This document shows, in pieces, positions 59,431-64,000 of a stretch of DNA of 64,000 nt. The notes under the pieces are model-generated. The model worked only from the letters and a program-made list of their open reading frames with translations. It did no database searches and was not told the origin of the DNA. This DNA is from a virus. The position numbers and the translations under genes were made by a program. The stretch covers positions 1 through 64,000 of IMG/VR virus record IMGVR_UViG_3300017977_000066. One strand, written 5' to 3'. How positions within the stretch are numbered: position 1 is the stretch's first letter; each line of letters begins with the position of its first letter.

Positions 59431-59488
59431 CGGGTATATACTCGTTGTCTCTTTTCTTTTTTTGAATATAAAAAAATAAGGACACATT

Positions 59489-61513
59489 ATGATAAAAGCA
59501 GGTATAGAAACATTAATAAGGCCACAACTTAATGATGAGGTCATAACTCATATAGAAACTTTCTTCGGTAAGCTACATAAACTCTGTACGCAATTCTATA
59601 TTAAAGACATTATAACACCTAGTGAGTTCAATACTTCTTTTACTAAACTACAAGAGGAGTTCGATACTATCATCTATAATAGATTTAATTTCCATATCAC
59701 TATGAAACCATACTCTACATTTGCTATATTACCTATCTTTAATCAAGACCTAAAAGTAACTAAACCTTTGTCAATTACTAAAGATATTAAGAAAGCTTTA
59801 AAACAGATAAAAGAGTTTTCCTACTATATAGAAGATAATGAAGTTCTTATAGATACTAAGAATGCTAAGTTCCATAACTTCAAAGATACGTGGGTCATGA
59901 CATATCTCATAGACCCTGAGATGATACCATTGCTAACGGCTAGAGACTTCACCGTTATAACACTACATGAGATAGGGCATGTATTCACTCTTATAGAGAT
60001 GTATAGTAATACTACTAGACAAACAGCTAGTTTATCAAAAGCTTTATTATCCATAGATCCATATGGCGAACTATGTAAGTACATAGGCATCAGTAAGAAA
60101 GATAAAGATAATACTAAAGATGTTAGCCTATTGTTATATGATAAAGTAGATGATGATATGGAAAAAGTATTCTTAGCCTATGGTAGAGATGATGTAGATA
60201 CTGATTCTGAATATGAAGCAGATGATTTCGTTTCTAAGTTCGGGTTAAGTGGTGACCTTACTACTACACTTGTTAAGCTAACAGATGCTGAAAAGTTAGG
60301 TCTATCTAGAGCCCCAATATTATTTTTAACCATGACTACATTAGACAACTTAGCCTTCTTAATCTTGGCTGTACTTTTAGTGGATCTGCCTTTAGCCATC
60401 TCTTTAGTGGTAATAAGTATGTTAGTAAAGATAACTGTTTTCATATTTGATATAACTAATGTAACTAAAAATAGGAATCCATCTGGTGATGAACATGGTG
60501 ATTTTGGTACTAGAGTAGAACATCTTAGAGCTGGTATCATATCTGTTATAAGAACTACATCTTTAGATACTAAAGAGAAGAAACGGCTATTAAAACAACT
60601 AGATGCTATAGATAATAAGATAGATATCATCAATAAGAGTATATACAACTCCATACTAGGCTCTCTAGTTAACGATCTACTTAAACCTAACCTTAATATA
60701 CGGGATGAGCTTTCAAGTCTCTTATCGTCTCTTATAGACAATGAGCTTTATGTAAGTCAGGCAAGATTCGGAGTTGGAGTTGAAAATAGATTAGCAGCTA
60801 TAAAACCAAATGTCTTCATAACTAAAGATTCTTTATTCTCTAACTGGTTAGTTAATATCTTTAATAACACTGAAGATAAAATATTCTCTACACTAAATGA
60901 GCTATTGGATAAGTATGGGTTATACGTGGAATATAAAGATGGTTCATTAACAGTAAGATCTTTCAATGACTTAACAATATCTACTGGTATATCTACTATA
61001 GCCTTTATCCCTGTAGAGACAAGTGAAACTATCATAACACTAACACTAGATGCCGTTAAGCTAAATTATCTTCTAGCTAATGATAAAATAACAGTATACG
61101 ATATACAGAAGATACAACTTACAGATACTAAGTTCCTATATCTGGTAGAAGTAGAGAGATGCAAACATATAAGCTATAAGAGTGAGCTTGGTGAACAACT
61201 AAATAAACTTGTAGATGATATGGATGCTGCTGTTACTAGACATAGAGAAGAGTATGGTAGTTCTACAGCTGCTGTGCAGTTAGACATCATGTTAGCATCA
61301 GATGTCCCTAACCTAGACTTATTAAAAACAGACCTTATGTTAGCTAGATCTACTATAGATGGGTTACCTAATACAGCAGCTATAAATCTAGATCTACATA
61401 TGGGTAACATCATGCTTAATAAAACAGGTAGAATTGTTATAACAGATCCTATATACTATAGTGCTGGTTTAGCTAGTAAAGTTTCTAATGATATAGATAT
61501 AGATAACTTATAA
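59489..61513 (+). CDS. Probable head protein: HExxH metallopeptidase-like domain fused to a protein-kinase-like domain
   Basis: ITLHEIGH...EYEADDF..KFG; C-terminal DLHMGNIM...IVITDP; G-x-E sites at the N-terminus (AGIE) and between domains (VGVE). Confidence 0.7.
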   Translation: MIKAGIETLIRPQLNDEVITHIETFFGKLHKLCTQFYIKDIITPSEFNTSFTKLQEEFDTIIYNRFNFHITMKPYSTFAILPIFNQDLKVTKPLSITKDIKKALKQIKEFSYYIEDNEVLIDTKNAKFHNFKDTWVMTYLIDPEMIPLLTARDFTVITLHEIGHVFTLIEMYSNTTRQTASLSKALLSIDPYGELCKYIGISKKDKDNTKDVSLLLYDKVDDDMEKVFLAYGRDDVDTDSEYEADDFVSKFGLSGDLTTTLVKLTDAEKLGLSRAPILFLTMTTLDNLAFLILAVLLVDLPLAISLVVISMLVKITVFIFDITNVTKNRNPSGDEHGDFGTRVEHLRAGIISVIRTTSLDTKEKKRLLKQLDAIDNKIDIINKSIYNSILGSLVNDLLKPNLNIRDELSSLLSSLIDNELYVSQARFGVGVENRLAAIKPNVFITKDSLFSNWLVNIFNNTEDKIFSTLNELLDKYGLYVEYKDGSLTVRSFNDLTISTGISTIAFIPVETSETIITLTLDAVKLNYLLANDKITVYDIQKIQLTDTKFLYLVEVERCKHISYKSELGEQLNKLVDDMDAAVTRHREEYGSSTAAVQLDIMLASDVPNLDLLKTDLMLARSTIDGLPNTAAINLDLHMGNIMLNKTGRIVITDPIYYSAGLASKVSNDIDIDNL

Positions 61514-61517
61514 CACA

Positions 61518-61545
61518 TACTAGCAGGTAGTTTTGCCTGCTAGTA
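61518..61545 (+). terminator. Intrinsic terminator
   Basis: tactagcaggta-gttt-tgcctgctagta plus T-tract. Confidence 0.75.
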
Positions 61546-61602
61546 ATTTTTTTATTAATTATGCTGATATAAAAAACATAACGATGAGAAGGATTTATCA
61601 AT

Positions 61603-62073
61603 ATGAAAAATATAACTATAGCTTTTAAAAAGATCAGAGAAGACTCTGATTTAATAAGTAAAATCATAGGTTGGAAACAAGGCACTAAGTATAGCCATGT
61701 TGAGATAGGATTTGAAGTTAAACCTAGTGTATATAACTCACTAGTGGCGTTACCAGTAGATTCAGGTATATATTTAGAAGAGAAGATGTATTTCCATGAT
61801 AAATGGGATACCATGCAACTAGAAGTTACAGATAAACAATATGCATTAGCTATGCATATAGTGGATGGTTATGTTGGTAAGAGATACGATAAACTTGGCA
61901 TAGCAGGATTTGTATTACCAGTAAGAGACGAAGAGGGTGCGTGGTTCTGTAGTGAAGCTGTAGCTAATGTATTAAAATGCTTAGGCCATAAAGACATGTT
62001 CTATGTAGAACCTTCTAGAGTAGGTATTAAAAGACTATTAGAGATATTGGATTTTGAAAATAATAAAAAGTAG
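61603..62073 (+). CDS. Permuted papain-like (YiiX/NlpC-P60-like) enzyme
   Basis: YSHVEI (His) precedes GKRYD and WFCSEAVA (Cys). Confidence 0.8.
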   Translation: MKNITIAFKKIREDSDLISKIIGWKQGTKYSHVEIGFEVKPSVYNSLVALPVDSGIYLEEKMYFHDKWDTMQLEVTDKQYALAMHIVDGYVGKRYDKLGIAGFVLPVRDEEGAWFCSEAVANVLKCLGHKDMFYVEPSRVGIKRLLEILDFENNKK

Positions 62074-62095
62074 ATAACCATAGAGATTATGACTT

Positions 62096-62124
62096 TATAT
62101 TACTAATATGAGCCTAGAGCTTAA
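62096..62124 (+). promoter_or_regulatory. phiKZ-type early promoter with 5' hairpin
   Basis: TATATTACtaatatgagcctagagcttaaa. Confidence 0.8.
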
Positions 62125-62154
62125 AATAAATTAAATAAACATAAGGAGCTACAC

Positions 62155-63198
62155 ATGACAGGTGTACTACATTTAATAGCTACTGGAGGTTGCGGTATCA
62201 ATCTCTTAGCCGATATAAAACCAGAGCTAGAGAAATTAGGAGGATCTTTCGCTAAGATCAAATATAGTTACATAGATACTACAGATAAGACCATACAAGC
62301 TCACGCTGATCTAGCTGAAGATTTTACTCTTATCAAAAGCAAAAGAGCTAGTGTTGACTCTATAGATGGTATGGGCGGAGAGAGAGCTTCCAAAGAAGCT
62401 ACTATGGATATTAATGCCAACATCAAAGAGTATGTAGATAAACTAACTAATGATGCTCATGTATACTATGTAGTCATATCTTCTGGTTCAGGTGCAAGTG
62501 GTAGTCTTATATCACCACTGCTAACTAAAGAGCTTTTAGCTAAAGGTTGTAATACAGTAGTAACACTTGTTGGTGATAGTAGTAACCTATTAGGTTTACA
62601 TAATACTATTAACACTATCTCTACATTCCAATCTATAGTTAGTGTAAAGAAAGGTAGAAAGAATCCAAGTGCTGCTTCTTTACCTATGATATATTATAGC
62701 AATACTGTAGATGGTAATACAACCCCATCTACTGAAAAAGCTGTTAACGATAGAGTATTTAAGATGTTATCTATCTTAGCTATGTATACTTCTGGTTCTA
62801 TACAAAATATAGATAATACAGATATGGGATTGTTCTTTAGAGCATCTAACTATAAATCTGTGGATGTTGATCCAGGTTTATATACACTAGGTGTGGCTAT
62901 AGGTAGTCTTGATGATAAATTAACAGTTATGGCCAGAACAGTTATAAGTGAAGATGAGTCTGTAGATGTTAAGATACCATTAGTACATAACAAGATAGGT
63001 ATAGCTGCTGATGACTTTAAAGAGTATTTTAAAGAGCTTCCTCTATACCTACTTTTAAGAACTGGTATCATGAATGTTGAAGTTAGAAAGCTTAAAGAGA
63101 CATTAGATAGTATGGAAGAGAAGCGCCATACTAACTATGAAGACATCGAGTCTTTAGATAGATCTGAACTAGATGATGATCTAGGAGTAGTAGTTTAA
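62155..63198 (+). CDS. phuZ: PhuZ-like phage tubulin
   Basis: TGGCGINL, YIDT, DGMGGER, tubulin-signature variant SSGSGASGS, NTINT, IDNTD, acidic tail ending DDDLGVVV. Confidence 0.88.
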   Translation: MTGVLHLIATGGCGINLLADIKPELEKLGGSFAKIKYSYIDTTDKTIQAHADLAEDFTLIKSKRASVDSIDGMGGERASKEATMDINANIKEYVDKLTNDAHVYYVVISSGSGASGSLISPLLTKELLAKGCNTVVTLVGDSSNLLGLHNTINTISTFQSIVSVKKGRKNPSAASLPMIYYSNTVDGNTTPSTEKAVNDRVFKMLSILAMYTSGSIQNIDNTDMGLFFRASNYKSVDVDPGLYTLGVAIGSLDDKLTVMARTVISEDESVDVKIPLVHNKIGIAADDFKEYFKELPLYLLLRTGIMNVEVRKLKETLDSMEEKRHTNYEDIESLDRSELDDDLGVVV

Positions 63199-63256
63199 TA
63201 TATAGGTAGGTGAAGCATAGGCTTCATCTGCTTAGTTTTCATTTCTTTTTTAGCTA

Positions 63257-63295
63257 TATATTACTTATACGAGACTAAGATTATTTAATTAGCTC
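63257..63295 (+). promoter_or_regulatory. phiKZ-type early promoter with 5' hairpin
   Basis: TATATTACttatacGAGaCTAAgattatttaaTTAGCTC. Confidence 0.78.
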
Positions 63296-63371
63296 TAATT
63301 TAAAAAACAGGAGGCTAGGATGCCGTTATATACCATTTATTACATGGTTTTAATAAAATGAAAGGATCAGT

Positions 63372-63656
63372 ATGGTTAAGAAGTATAGAGCATATGCTAT
63401 ACTCGTTAGATGTGATAAGCCACCTACTAAAGTAGATGTAGTTAGAAGCATGTACAAGTTACAGCTAGCTATTGATTTCGATAGATACAAACACATGCTT
63501 TATGGTCACTATCAGAGAGAGTCTACTGATATAAAGGTTTACGATCTCCTACTTAAGATATTCCAACTAGAGGAGCAGGTAGTACTTACTAATATAAGTA
63601 TTATTAATAAGGTAGTGAGGGTTGAGTTTATTTCACATAAGGAAGAAGTAATATGA
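63372..63656 (+). CDS. Hypothetical protein
   Basis: aagga RBS. Confidence 0.65.
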   Translation: MVKKYRAYAILVRCDKPPTKVDVVRSMYKLQLAIDFDRYKHMLYGHYQRESTDIKVYDLLLKIFQLEEQVVLTNISIINKVVRVEFISHKEEVI

Positions 63657-64000
63657 ATGTAAAGTTATTAGAAGATGGTATGATTTTGAACACTAATAAG
63701 TTTAAGATAACCTCTGTTATGGTATTAGATATACATAAATACCCGTATCTAAAAGAGTTTAATGATTCACTTAGAGAGCTAAAGTATGGTAGTGAAGCTA
63801 TATATAGTAGGGATAGTGTATTACCACTAGTTAAGTTCGGAGAGTATATAGAGGTAAATGGCTACCAAAGGTATATCCATAGCTTAGATGATTTTATTGA
63901 GTCTATTAAAGATAGTAAAACAACAATAACTCTTAATGGCATAAAATTTAATAAATCTATGGTAAGGTATATGGGTAATCTTTTAAGTACTACACCTCCA
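63653..64000 (+). CDS. Hypothetical protein, truncated by the window end
   Basis: ATGA overlap with the previous stop; frame open to base 64000 (MNVKLLEDGMIL...). Confidence 0.6.
   Translation, partial: MNVKLLEDGMILNTNKFKITSVMVLDIHKYPYLKEFNDSLRELKYGSEAIYSRDSVLPLVKFGEYIEVNGYQRYIHSLDDFIESIKDSKTTITLNGIKFNKSMVRYMGNLLSTTPP

Overview
AT-rich, gene-dense segment of a phiKZ-like jumbo phage (Chimalliviridae-like). Evidence: three clear split multisubunit RNA polymerase genes (non-virion beta'-N; virion beta'-N and beta) plus a probable beta'-C, a PhuZ-type tubulin, large terminase, gp175-like prohead protease, a 2.4k-aa tape-measure-like protein with a lysozyme domain, central spike, RNase H, SbcC, RuvC, RecJ, class I RNR, dimeric dUTPase, ThyX and dCMP deaminase. 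The ThyX and dUTPase types suggest a Campylobacterota host (inference). Fourteen phiKZ-type early promoters (TATATTAC) lie in intergenic DNA, all on the + strand, most followed by a covarying 5' hairpin. A second candidate promoter motif (TTGAA) precedes many structural and replication genes. The most notable unexplained items are: (i) a ~600-bp non-coding element present twice 26.2 kb apart, with a 59/60-identical core, iteron-like repeats, palindromes and a GC-rich structured part; (ii) a probable head protein fusing an HExxH peptidase-like domain to a kinase-like domain across a predicted protease site; (iii) modular early-gene cassettes; (iv) a tandemly duplicated HNH-AP2 nuclease beside the nvRNAP gene. 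No tRNA, rRNA, CRISPR array or chimallin gene was recognised. phiKZ gene equivalences come from motif recognition and gene order, not database searches.
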